Positions 7,248 through 16,446 are shown, numbered from the stretch's first letter. The stretch: 43,771 nucleotides of DNA from Thermostichus sp. DRC_bins_24 (GCA_039794845.1 JAUQVK010000011.1:1-43771), one strand, 5' to 3'. Translations and numbers: made by a program. Notes: generated by a model from the letters alone, not told the origin.

Positions 7248-8312
7248 TTAGCCCCCTTCCCGTACCTTTGTCTGCTCGCCGGACATGGAGATATCCAACT
7301 TTGCCCGCACATAGTCTCCGGCCCGCACGGGAGCATACCGCGGCGGATTGTCCGCATCCTGGCAAGTGGGCAAACATTCGATCCAGGCATCATCGCGGGG
7401 GGCCGTAAAGTAAACCAAGGATAGGCGGCGGCTAGCGCCGAAGGCTTCTCGAGGTGGGTTCACCACACGGTGCAACGTGGAGCGCCAACGGTCATTGGTC
7501 CAACGGGCCAGCAAATCGCCAATGTTGATCACAAAAGAACGGGGAATGGCCTGCACATCGATCCACTCCCCCTGACTGGAGTACACCTGCAAGCCCCCGG
7601 GTGCTCCATCCTGCCGCAAAAGGGTAAAACCGCCGTAGTCGGAGTGGGCCCCATACCGCAATTGGCCAGGGATCGGCTCTTTCTCTTGCTCGGGATAATG
7701 TACGGCCCGCAGTACACCCCCCTTCCCTTCCATGAAGGGTAGAAAATAGGTTTCCGGCAGATCCAAAGCCAAGGCACCGATGCGCATCAAGGTCTCGGTC
7801 AACTGGCGCAACCCAGCATCGTAGGCGAGTAAGGCGGCTCGTAAACCCTGGGGCTCAGTGGGCCAAAGGTTGCCGGAATCGGGATCCTCCCCCCCTTGGG
7901 GAGCGTTGGGATCCTCCCGAAACAGGTTGTTAAACACCAGCGCTTCACAGAGATCGTGCGCCGCACGACCCGGAGGATCACCATGGGGAACCTCTGCCCC
8001 GCGAGTGGCTGCCACGCTTTCGATGCCAATGGGCAGGTAACCCCGGTTTTTCACCCGATCCGGAATGGTCACCGCCATCTTTTGCGCCAGGGGTAGATCG
8101 TAGAAGGCCAGAACCTTGTCGTAAGCGGCTTGAATAATCTCCTCCGGGATCCCGTGACCGGTGATAATCACAAATCCCACCTGTTCTAAAGCCTTCCCAA
8201 AGGCCTTGGCCACCCCCAAGGGATCTGTACCTTCCCGAAAAGGGGTGATGTCCAGGCAAGGGATCCCCGTTTGTTGAGAGGAGAAGGACCATGGGGGAGA
8301 AATTGGAAACAT
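7248..8312 (-). CDS. 2-oxoglutarate/Fe(II) oxygenase, IPNS-like family (DIOX_N + 2OG-FeII_Oxy)
   Basis: GFVIITGHGI, GAHSDYG (HxD), STLHRV (distal His), RLS (RxS). Confidence 0.92.
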   Translation of the reverse strand: MFPISPPWSFSSQQTGIPCLDITPFREGTDPLGVAKAFGKALEQVGFVIITGHGIPEEIIQAAYDKVLAFYDLPLAQKMAVTIPDRVKNRGYLPIGIESVAATRGAEVPHGDPPGRAAHDLCEALVFNNLFREDPNAPQGGEDPDSGNLWPTEPQGLRAALLAYDAGLRQLTETLMRIGALALDLPETYFLPFMEGKGGVLRAVHYPEQEKEPIPGQLRYGAHSDYGGFTLLRQDGAPGGLQVYSSQGEWIDVQAIPRSFVINIGDLLARWTNDRWRSTLHRVVNPPREAFGASRRLSLVYFTAPRDDAWIECLPTCQDADNPPRYAPVRAGDYVRAKLDISMSGEQTKVREGG

Positions 8313-8502
8313 GGTTGAGGCAGAAGTGAGTACTTTGGACAGCCCCAGCCGTGACGGATCCGATGCCCGCGGCGGGCTACGCCAACATCTTAGGCGACTG
8401 ATCTGGATGATGGAGCAGGAGGTTGGAGATGAGCTAATGCAGCGGTGCCTCGAGTGGATGAGCAGCCGGTGAGAGCAATGATGGCGTTGGCAGCCTTAAA
8501 CC

Positions 8503-9309
8503 CTAGAGATACCGCGTCATTTGTACCCGAAAACGACCCTTTTTTGTCTCGGCCACCTCTTCAATTTGCAGCCGACCCCGACCCCGAATGGCAATGAGAT
8601 CCTGGGGACCAACGGTATAGCTGGCTTGGGTGATCGGCTTCCAATTCACCCGCACCTCCCCCCGTTGGATTTCTTCTACCATTTTGCTGCGGGACATACT
8701 AAAGCCTGCTGAAGCCACCGCATCCAACCGTAAAGAGGCTTCTACACTGGTGATGGATTTGGCCCGGGGCGGTTGAATTTTCAGCTGGTTGAACGGGATC
8801 CGGCTCACTTTGACAGGTACGGTGCGCACCTGAGTGAGGTTGAGGCTGAGGTAGCCCACCATTTCGGGCACGACGATGGCTTGGGCACCCGTATCTCCCA
8901 ACACGATCACATCTCCCACTTTCTCGCGGGTAATGCCGGATCCCAAAAGGGCCCCCAAAAAATCGCGGTGGGTAGCGGGGTCGAACAAGAAGTTCCCTTG
9001 AATCTGAATGGCGGCCACCGGGATCCCTTCTGGATCTGGCTCTGTATCTGCAGCAGGAATATCGAGGCTCACCTCAGAGCGGGCCAAGGCTAGGCGTTGT
9101 CGCTCTGCCTGTGGATAGCCTCCCCATGGTAACAGCTGTAGCTCGGTCAATTTTTGCAGCCGAGCCTGCACCTCTGTGATCTCCGGTGGAGACAGAAAGT
9201 CGCTCCAGGCCACCTGCCAGGTTTTGAGGGCTTGTTCTCCCAGATCCAAAACTCGTGCCAGGGTATCCCGGTGTTCTGCTCCTTGCAATAGTTCAGCTCT
9301 GGGTAGCAT
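8503..9309 (-). CDS. Photosystem II S4 domain protein (YlmH/Sll1252 family)
   Basis: HRDFLGALLG, SLRLDAVAS and IAIRGRGRL motifs. Confidence 0.92.
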   Translation of the reverse strand: MLPRAELLQGAEHRDTLARVLDLGEQALKTWQVAWSDFLSPPEITEVQARLQKLTELQLLPWGGYPQAERQRLALARSEVSLDIPAADTEPDPEGIPVAAIQIQGNFLFDPATHRDFLGALLGSGITREKVGDVIVLGDTGAQAIVVPEMVGYLSLNLTQVRTVPVKVSRIPFNQLKIQPPRAKSITSVEASLRLDAVASAGFSMSRSKMVEEIQRGEVRVNWKPITQASYTVGPQDLIAIRGRGRLQIEEVAETKKGRFRVQMTRYL

Positions 9310-9380
9310 TTTGTTGTTCTTGGGCCAGTGGGGTTCAATCTTTCTCGTTTACCCATGCTAAGCTAGATACCCGGAATAAT

Positions 9381-9454
9381 GGCGGGCGTAGCCAAGCGGT
9401 TAAGGCAGAGGATTGTGGTTCCTCCATTCGTGGGTTCGATTCCCATCGTCCGCC
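9381..9454 (+). tRNA. trnH: tRNA-His(GTG)
   Basis: G-1 plus GCGGGCG/CGTCCGC acceptor stem, anticodon GTG at 9415-9417, GGTTCGATTCC T-arm. Confidence 0.97.
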
Positions 9455-9527
9455 CTCAAGCAGAATCAGGAAAACCCAGTCAGGGCAAGGGCTCTAAAGG
9501 CCAATCCAACTATGGAAACCCTGACAC

Positions 9528-9812
9528 ATGAAGACTAAAGACACCATATCTGGACAAGATTCGCGTGAAGGCAGTCGGGAAGCAAGTCGGGAAGCAACTT
9601 GCTTCCCCCGGGGAAAGAGTTCCCTTGATCCTCTGCTTCAGGCCCGAATTAACCAGGCCAACGGAAGGCTAAAGGCCGGCAATGTTGGCCTGTCAATCGA
9701 GAGGCTAGGGGACAGGTTCTTCCTGAGAGGAATCTTTCTCCCAAGCCTTATCAATCTCCACCATCAGTCTTCATTTAAGGGATCAGGGATCCCGACTTTT
9801 CCTCTGGCTTAG
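9528..9812 (+). pseudogene. N-terminal remnant of a cyanobacterial tyrosine integrase downstream of tRNA-His
   Basis: RINQANGRLKAGNVGLSIERLGDRFFLRGIFLP resembles the N-terminus of cyanobacterial tRNA-adjacent integrases; similarity stops near 9742; no catalytic domain. Confidence 0.7.
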
Positions 9813-9884
9813 GATGGGGTGGGATCTGCTGAGTGCCGCGTCGGTGCAGATCTCAAGTGGAATTGTAGGCGAGGTTGCAGCACC

Positions 9885-10712
9885 ATGACACTGACTTGGC
9901 AAACTGATGGACGCACTTGGTTCCTTCTACCTGCCTACCCTCGCGCCGTTGTTCACTTTTTGGGGGGAGCTTTTGTGGGGGCTGCGCCACAACTTTTTTA
10001 CAGCCGCCTGCTCGAAGAACTGGCTCGTATGGGCATGGCGATTGTTGCCACTCCCTACACCACCGAGATCGATCACGCTCAACTGGCCTTTAGCGCGATG
10101 CAATCCTTGCAAAGTAGCCTGCGAAGCAAGGGTCTGGCTGGGTTGCCCTTGTTTGGCTTGGGCCATAGCCTGGGGTGCAAGTTGCAAATTCTCTCTTGTT
10201 TGACAGATCCCTCCATAGGAGCACAGCGGCGAGGAAACATCCTCCTGGCTTACAGCAACGCTGGTCTGGATCAAGCTCTGCCATTGCTGCGGTTGCTGTT
10301 TCAAACTTGGCCTCAACAACAGGTGACCGATCTGTGGCGCATGTGGATGGGATCCTCTTCGCCGCCCGTGAATCTGTGGGTGGAATTCGAGCCTTCTCCG
10401 GCGGAAACCAATCGCCTCATTGAAGAGCAGTATGCGGTCAAAAACAACCTGCTGATGGAATTCCGACAGGACGATATCGACGATATTCCTTTGCTCCACC
10501 AACAGCTGCTTCGTAAGTACCCCAACCACACGGAGTGGCAATATCTAGAGGGGGATCACCTCACACCGCTGGGCTTTAGCTACCCTTTCCAAGTTGGATC
10601 CGAGTTCGGCCCCCTCGATGCTCTCGGGCAGTTGCTCTACCAAAACCTGCTCGCCCCCAACCAACGAATGATCCGCATCGTTCAAACTTGGCTTGCAGCT
10701 CAGCTAGCCTAG
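9885..10712 (+). CDS. DUF1350 family alpha/beta hydrolase
   Basis: HFLGGAFVGAAPQL, GLGHSLGCK and GDHLTP motifs. Confidence 0.88.
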   Translation: MTLTWQTDGRTWFLLPAYPRAVVHFLGGAFVGAAPQLFYSRLLEELARMGMAIVATPYTTEIDHAQLAFSAMQSLQSSLRSKGLAGLPLFGLGHSLGCKLQILSCLTDPSIGAQRRGNILLAYSNAGLDQALPLLRLLFQTWPQQQVTDLWRMWMGSSSPPVNLWVEFEPSPAETNRLIEEQYAVKNNLLMEFRQDDIDDIPLLHQQLLRKYPNHTEWQYLEGDHLTPLGFSYPFQVGSEFGPLDALGQLLYQNLLAPNQRMIRIVQTWLAAQLA

Positions 10713-10954
10713 TCAAACCCGCTGAGTTCGGAGAGCAAGTCCTGGGCGTAGGAAGGGGGAGCCTGTGCCTGCAGATGAAACAGCATCTGGAGAGTATCGC
10801 TCATGAGAAAGTAGCAGGTCAACACGCCGCCTGCGGCTACCGCCACCAAGGTTCCCGCCAGCATGCGCGAGAACTCTTGGCTCTGAAAAGCCTGCTCCAT
10901 CAGGCGCAGCGCCCAAAAACCCAGTAGAATGACAATGGCAAGGATAAGCAACAT
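10709..10954 (-). CDS. Small hypothetical membrane protein
   Basis: 81 aa, two hydrophobic segments, ATG start. Confidence 0.65.
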   Translation of the reverse strand: MLLILAIVILLGFWALRLMEQAFQSQEFSRMLAGTLVAVAAGGVLTCYFLMSDTLQMLFHLQAQAPPSYAQDLLSELSGFD

Positions 10955-11095
10955 ATTATCAATATATCTTAAACTACATTAACAAGTCTGTTGTCGAATC
11001 GCCATCACCGGAAGCGGATTCGAATCTAGGGAATCATCAGGATTTTTTATCCAAAGAGTTGTCGGAACCCCCTTATTGCTGACGCTTAACGGCTT

Positions 11096-11470
11096 ATGCC
11101 TAACGACTCAGTGTATCGACGGGCGCAGCGCGCTTGGGTTTGCAGCCCTTTCCAGTTGGCCCTATTACGGGCGATGAGCGCACAAGGGATCCCTTTGGGG
11201 AAAATCTGCGGTTTGAGGGGCTTTCAAGCGGGGTACACGCAGCGGCCTTTACCGGAGACGCGGGCGGATCGGGAATTGATGTGGTTGATCCAGGTGGGGC
11301 TGTTGCGCCGAGAAGTGGATGGGCAGGGTATTACCGATAGCTATCGGCTGGCACCCCTGGGTCGGCAATTGTTACAAAGCCTAGAACAGAATGAAACCCA
11401 CGCAGGGATCCCTGCAAGCTGGGCAGATCATCTGCAAAATGCTTTGACCCGTTGGCGGTTGATCTCTTAG
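11096..11470 (+). CDS. Conserved cyanobacterial protein (Npun_F0494 family)
   Basis: WLIQVGLLRREVDGQGITDSYRL motif. Confidence 0.85.
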   Translation: MPNDSVYRRAQRAWVCSPFQLALLRAMSAQGIPLGKICGLRGFQAGYTQRPLPETRADRELMWLIQVGLLRREVDGQGITDSYRLAPLGRQLLQSLEQNETHAGIPASWADHLQNALTRWRLIS

Positions 11471-11513
11471 AAAATCCCCTAGAGTAGGTTTAACGCTGCT
11501 CTGAAGGTGTGGC

Positions 11514-11747
11514 ATGCCACGGCCAAGACCTACTCGTGTACCTGGATCCCTAGCATCCCAACGCCCACTGCAAACGTCTCTGCAGCAGCGTAGCCAGGCA
11601 ATTAACCGCCGCCGCAAGCCGATCCACCAAAAAACCCATCTGCTTTACCGGCGCAACTTGCCCCTTTACCTGCGCAACCTGCTGTCGCAATACCGCACCA
11701 GCTTCATCTACAACCTCAAGGCCAAGCCCGTGAGCCGACTGCGTTAG
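11514..11747 (+). CDS. Small, highly basic hypothetical protein (77 aa)
   Basis: ATG with GAAGG upstream, G/C-ending codons in the 3' half, stop overlapping the convergent ridA stop. Confidence 0.5.
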   Translation: MPRPRPTRVPGSLASQRPLQTSLQQRSQAINRRRKPIHQKTHLLYRRNLPLYLRNLLSQYRTSFIYNLKAKPVSRLR

Positions 11748-12184
11748 GGATACCAAGCCACTGCCTCGATCTCCACCAAGGCGTTGAGGGGCAGGCGGGC
11801 CACCTGTACACAGGAGCGAGCCGGAGCAGGATCCGTAGCAAAAAACTCCTGATAAACCTTGTTCATGGCGGCAAAGTCGTTCATATCCGCCAGAAAAACC
11901 GTTGTCTTTACCACGTTTGCGAGGCTGGTACCCCCGGCAGCCAGCACCGCCTGCAAATTAAGCAAGACCTGCCGGGTTTGGGAAACGATATCTTCCCCCA
12001 CCAACTTTCCGGTCCTGGGATCCAGGCCCACCTGTCCGGCGGTAAAAATAAACGGCCCAAGAGCGGCAACTCCCTGGCTGTAGGGTCCAACAGGAGGGGG
12101 GGCAGCATCGGTTCGCACCGCGCAGCGGCCTGGACCAGGTTGACCCTGGTGGTGACCGAGGACGGGATGCGTTGTTTCCTCCAT
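11744..12184 (-). CDS. ridA: RidA/YjgF family enamine/imine deaminase
   Basis: GPYSQG, VVKTTVFL, PARSCVQV and VEIEAVA motifs. Confidence 0.92.
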   Translation of the reverse strand: MEETTHPVLGHHQGQPGPGRCAVRTDAAPPPVGPYSQGVAALGPFIFTAGQVGLDPRTGKLVGEDIVSQTRQVLLNLQAVLAAGGTSLANVVKTTVFLADMNDFAAMNKVYQEFFATDPAPARSCVQVARLPLNALVEIEAVAWYP

Positions 12185-12284
12185 ACCGGTTCCCCCAACT
12201 CTGCAGCCAAGCTACCACAAGTGGATCCCGGGAAGAATGAGCTAAGAATGCAAAGATGAGCAAGTTGGGTTGAAGGACAGAGCC

Positions 12285-12635
12285 ATGCCGTTGATTAAGC
12301 TGCAAACGCCCCTAAAAGCAGAGCCTGCGACTGTAGAGGAACTGCTCAAGAGGCTTTCGGCCTCTGTGTCCCAACAGTTGGGCAAGCCAGAGGCTTATGT
12401 GATGACAGCGTTTGAGGCCGGGATCCCGATGACCTTCGCCGGGACAACGGATCCCTGTTGCTATGTAGAAATCAAAAGCGTTGGACAGTTTTCTGCCAAC
12501 CAAACCCAAACCATGAGTGAGTTTTTGTGTGGCACAATTGAGGCTGCCTTAGGGATCCCGAAAAAGAGAATCTACATCGAGTTTGCCGAGGCCAAGGGCT
12601 ATTTGTGGGGATGGAATGGCACAACCTTTGGATAA
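12285..12635 (+). CDS. MIF-like phenylpyruvate tautomerase
   Basis: N-terminal catalytic Pro (MPLIK), GKPEAYVM, C-terminal WGWNGTTF. Confidence 0.92.
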   Translation: MPLIKLQTPLKAEPATVEELLKRLSASVSQQLGKPEAYVMTAFEAGIPMTFAGTTDPCCYVEIKSVGQFSANQTQTMSEFLCGTIEAALGIPKKRIYIEFAEAKGYLWGWNGTTFG

Positions 12636-12649
12636 AGGATTTCGATGCA

Positions 12650-13081
12650 ATGCAAACAACTGTTCAACATCAACAGCATACCCTTTCCATTCGTACAACC
12701 GGAAAATCTCTACATTGCTTTACGGGGGAAGTTCAACAGTTGGTGCGTGCCTCGGGCATTCAAATGGGGCTGTGTCATCTGTTTGTTTGTCACACCTCCG
12801 CCAGTCTGCTGATTCAAGAAAATGCCGATCCGGACGTGTTGCGGGATTTGGAGAAGTTTTTCTCAGAGTTGGTGCCCGAAGAATTGAGCCGCTATCAGCA
12901 CATTGCCGAAGGCCCCGATGACATGCCGGCTCACATTCGCTCTGCTCTCACCCATACGTCGGAAACGATCCCAATTCGTTCTGGCCATTTGGCTTTAGGA
13001 ACTTGGCAGGGCATTTATCTCTGGGAGCATCGCCGGCGGGGGCAGCTGCGACAGGTGGTGGTGCATCTGACAGGCTGTTAG
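12650..13081 (+). CDS. YjbQ/UPF0047 family protein
   Basis: HTSASLLIQENADPDV, DMPAHIRS and LGTWQGIYLWEHR motifs. Confidence 0.92.
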   Translation: MQTTVQHQQHTLSIRTTGKSLHCFTGEVQQLVRASGIQMGLCHLFVCHTSASLLIQENADPDVLRDLEKFFSELVPEELSRYQHIAEGPDDMPAHIRSALTHTSETIPIRSGHLALGTWQGIYLWEHRRRGQLRQVVVHLTGC

Positions 13082-13198
13082 AGCTAATTTGTGAAGATTG
13101 CTGAACCCCTTACGGTGGCAAAGCTTTTGGGAAATCGCCCCTTTGGCAAGGGATTCCGCGAAGTCGTTCTCCTGAACGTTTTCTTCTCAAATGAGCTC
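13081..13198. mobile_element. 118-bp MITE-like element
   Basis: Termini GAGCTAATTTGTGAAGA / TCTTCTCAAATGAGCTC match 15/17 as an inverted repeat. Confidence 0.6.
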
Positions 13199-13294
13199 CG
13201 GGGGAGGTTGTGGAAGAAGCAGTATCTCCAAACAGCAGGATAGGAGAGATTGGTTGTGGCCGGACTAGCATGGGATTGAAGCTTAACTCAGCAG

Positions 13295-13577
13295 ATGATG
13301 GGATCTCTGGGCATGGAGAAATCGAGGATTGATCGAGCGTGGCGTGCGGAGGCCATGGGAGAAGGCTTGGCGGAAGGACATCAAGAAGGGATCCGACGGG
13401 GAGGAGCGACTCCGGTTTTGCCTCGGGTGCAGCCGCAGCTGGGCAACATGAACTTGATGTCTGAGAGACCCATTCAGGCTTTACCGGCGCAGCAGCTGGA
13501 AGCGGGGGGAAGTTCTCTCGGAGTTCAGCAGCTTGGCTGAGCTGACCACCTGGCTAGCCCACGCGGAGGAGCCTTAG
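13295..13577 (+). pseudogene. DUF4351 (Rpn/PD-(D/E)XK-associated C-terminal domain) pseudogene
   Basis: EGLAEGHQEGIRRG...IQALPAQQLEA, then after a frameshift near 13505 GEVLSEFSSLAELTTWL. Confidence 0.7.
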
Positions 13578-13613
13578 CCGAGATTCGTGATTTTTAATTA
13601 AGGAGTCAAGATA

Positions 13614-14951
13614 GTGCAAGTTGAGGTATTGGCAGAACAAGCTCAAGCCTGTGCCAAGCGGCTCGGGATCCATCAGTTTGATCTGTACGGGGCACAAGTG
13701 GACGAAACCAGCGTGCAGGTGGATCAAGGGGATCCCCGCCAGGTGAAAGCCTCCAATCGCTCCAGCGTTACGGTGCGGGCTTGGAATGATCAAGGGCAGG
13801 TGGGGGTAACATCCACCACGGATGTGGATGAAGCAGGGTTGGAGCTGGCCCTGCAGACGGCCTTTGAGGCAAGCCATTTCGGTGTGCGGGAACATGCGCC
13901 CCAATTTAGCCCCGAGGCCACCCTGCCCATTGCACACCCCTCCAACGATAAAGCGCCACTGGCCTTGGCCAGCGATCTCTTGGAGCAACTGGTGGCCGCC
14001 GAAAAAGAACTGCTGGGATCCCATCCTGCCATTCAAGGGGTGCCCTACAACGGCTTGGCTCAGCGGCAAATTGATCGCTTCTACCTCAACAGTGACCAGG
14101 CCTTGCGGCAGGAGGGCCATACCCTTACCTCAATCTTCCTCTACAGCAAAGCCGAACAGGAGGGCCGCAAACCTCGTAGTGGCGGGGCCATGCGGGTTAG
14201 CCGCAGCTTAGAGGAGTTGGATATTCAAGGCTGTGTGAAGGAAGCTGCCGAAAAGTTGATCAGCCATCTGGATTACGACCGGATCCCTTCCGGGAAATAT
14301 ACCGTGGTCTTTTCCGGAGAGGCGTTTTTGAGTTTATTGGGGGCCTTCTCCAATTTGTTCAATGCCCAGAGCATTTTGGATAACCAGAGCCTATCAACTC
14401 CAGACTCTTTGGGCACTGCAGTGGCCTCGCCATTGCTATCGGTGTGTGACGATGCGCTGCACCCGAGCAAGGTAGGGGCGATCAGTTTCGATGGGGAAGG
14501 AACTCCCACCCGCCGCGTACCCTTGATTACCAATGGCATCCTCACCCACTTCCTCCACAGTGCCGGTACGGCCAAACGCCTGGGGGCCACCCCCACCGGA
14601 CATGCCAACATCGGCTCCAAAGTCACGGTGGGAGCTCATTACTACCATGTGTTTGCCGGATCGCCGCCGGAGAGCACCTATGACCTGGCTACTGCCGAAA
14701 ACGTGGTGTGGATCGATGAGCTGCAAGCCCTGCACGCTGGGGTCAAACCCTTACAGGGATCCTTCTCGCTTCCTTTTCAAGGCTGGTGGGTACGCAATGG
14801 GGAGCGCATCAGCATTGAAGCCGCCACCGTAGCAGGGGATTTTTTACAGGTGTTGAAGTCAATCTTCTATGTAGAGCCCGAGCCCCAACTGACTCCGGGC
14901 GGATTGTGTCCCCGCATCTGGGTTGCGGATCTCTCCATTACCGGGCAATGA
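13614..14951 (+). CDS. TldD/PmbA family protein (PmbA/TldE-like)
   Basis: FDGEGTPT, GSFSLPFQG and TVAGDF motifs; no HExxxH. Confidence 0.9.
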   Translation: MQVEVLAEQAQACAKRLGIHQFDLYGAQVDETSVQVDQGDPRQVKASNRSSVTVRAWNDQGQVGVTSTTDVDEAGLELALQTAFEASHFGVREHAPQFSPEATLPIAHPSNDKAPLALASDLLEQLVAAEKELLGSHPAIQGVPYNGLAQRQIDRFYLNSDQALRQEGHTLTSIFLYSKAEQEGRKPRSGGAMRVSRSLEELDIQGCVKEAAEKLISHLDYDRIPSGKYTVVFSGEAFLSLLGAFSNLFNAQSILDNQSLSTPDSLGTAVASPLLSVCDDALHPSKVGAISFDGEGTPTRRVPLITNGILTHFLHSAGTAKRLGATPTGHANIGSKVTVGAHYYHVFAGSPPESTYDLATAENVVWIDELQALHAGVKPLQGSFSLPFQGWWVRNGERISIEAATVAGDFLQVLKSIFYVEPEPQLTPGGLCPRIWVADLSITGQ

Positions 14952-15757
14952 AACTCACCCGCATCGATCTCAACAGCTGGCTGATCCAGACCGAAGGGCA
15001 AACCCTGCTGCTGGATCCGTGGTTGGTGGATCCCTTGGTGTTTCTGGGCCTGCCCTGGTTCATCCGCATCGAGCACCGCCATCCACCCCCATTCACCCCC
15101 AGCACTCTGCCCAAGCTCGACGGGATCCTGATCAGCCAGGCCCAGCCGGATCATTGCCATCCGCCGACGTTGCAGCGACTGAACAAACAGATCCCCGTTT
15201 TGGCTTCTCCGGCTGCGGCTGGTGTGGTGCGGGGTTTGGGCTTTGCTTCGGTACAGGCTTTGGATCCCTGGCAGTCGGTGCAGTGGGGCGACTTGCGCAT
15301 CACGGCGGTTCCCGGCGCACCCCTGGGGCCCATCCGCGAACTGGGTTACCTGCTTGAAGAGAGGGGATCCCAAACCCGGCTTTACTACGAACCCCACCTT
15401 TCCGAGCCGGATATCCGCCAACGGCTGCAGCAGGAATTCCATCCCATTCATACGCTGCTCATTCCGGTGGTGGGGCAGATCTTCCCGCTGCTGGGGGAGG
15501 TGATCATGGGGCCGGAGCGAGCCTTGCAGGTGGTGAAAGCCTTGCAGCCTAAGCAAGTGATCCCAACGGCAATGGGAGAGGTAGACTACCGTGGCTGGTT
15601 TGCCTCGCAAATTCGCACCCTGGGGAGCCTGGAGGAGTTTCGGGAAAAGCTGGGATCCCTGAATTCCGAGACTTCCCAATCAATCCGGTTGTGTTGTCCT
15701 GCGCCGGGAGAAACGGTGTCTTTACCCACATCTTTATCCACAGAGGTGGAGGCATGA
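14948..15757 (+). CDS. Metallo-beta-lactamase fold hydrolase
   Basis: NSWLI, LLDPWL and SQAQPDHCH motifs; ATGA overlap with the upstream gene. Confidence 0.87.
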   Translation: MKLTRIDLNSWLIQTEGQTLLLDPWLVDPLVFLGLPWFIRIEHRHPPPFTPSTLPKLDGILISQAQPDHCHPPTLQRLNKQIPVLASPAAAGVVRGLGFASVQALDPWQSVQWGDLRITAVPGAPLGPIRELGYLLEERGSQTRLYYEPHLSEPDIRQRLQQEFHPIHTLLIPVVGQIFPLLGEVIMGPERALQVVKALQPKQVIPTAMGEVDYRGWFASQIRTLGSLEEFREKLGSLNSETSQSIRLCCPAPGETVSLPTSLSTEVEA

Positions 15758-16173
15758 GCACGTCTTCTCAAACCCAGTCTGACCTCGATCTGCTGGCGAT
15801 TTTGCGAGCGGATTATGCCCGCTTTCCGGAAAATCAAACCTACGCCATTTATGATCCGCAGGTGTATTTCAAGGATCCCGTAAACGAGTTTCGCGGGTTG
15901 GGTCGTTATCAACAGATGATCGGCTGGATGGGGCGGTGGTTTCAAGACATTCGCCTCGACTTGCACGAGATTCAGCAAACCGGCGATCAAATCCGTACCG
16001 AATGGACGTTGAGTTGGTCGCTGCCTTTGCCCTGGCATCCCCGCCTACGGATCCCCGGCCGGACGGAGATGCAGGTGAATAAAGCGGGTTTAATCGGATC
16101 CCATATTGATTACTGGCGCTGCAGCCGCTGGGAGGTGTTGCTGCAGGTCTTTCGCGCCGGGGATCCCCAATGA
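15754..16173 (+). CDS. DUF2358 (NTF2/SnoaL-like) protein
   Basis: YDPQVYFKDP, WTLSWSLPLPW and HIDYW motifs. Confidence 0.88.
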   Translation: MSTSSQTQSDLDLLAILRADYARFPENQTYAIYDPQVYFKDPVNEFRGLGRYQQMIGWMGRWFQDIRLDLHEIQQTGDQIRTEWTLSWSLPLPWHPRLRIPGRTEMQVNKAGLIGSHIDYWRCSRWEVLLQVFRAGDPQ

Positions 16174-16246
16174 TTCGGTCAGGGGCCTAGTTCGTCTGCT
16201 AGAATCACAAAGCTGACTTTTTGGCCCCGGTCGAAAGTCGCACCTT

Positions 16247-16331
16247 GGAGAGATGGCCGAGTGGTCGAAGGCGCAGCACTGGAAATGCTGTGTGGGGCAA
16301 CTCACCGTGGGTTCGAATCCCACTCTCTCCG
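16247..16331 (+). tRNA. trnS: tRNA-Ser(GGA)
   Basis: GGAGAGA/TCTCTCC acceptor stem, anticodon GGA at 16281-16283, long variable arm, GGTTCGAATCC. Confidence 0.97.
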
Positions 16332-16342
16332 TCTTAATTGCA

Positions 16343-16410
16343 ACCTAACCCCTTTCGCGCAGCGTGGCACCGGCCGTAGCCCCTCTCCCAGAGGGGGAAA
16401 GGGGAGCCGG
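16343..16410. repeat. REP-like palindrome (CCCCTCTCCC...GGGGGAAAGGGG)
   Basis: Hairpin between tRNA-Ser and the convergent oxidase gene; related hairpin at about 1819-1843. Confidence 0.55.
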
Positions 16411-16446
16411 AAAGTATATCGCTCTTGTTTGGAGTGACCATAACCC

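Noticed and set aside
8311..8472. Unlisted 53-aa ORF (MVEAEVST...)
   Set aside because: Overlaps the divergent oxygenase start, contains a dispersed repeat, and has no recognisable family.
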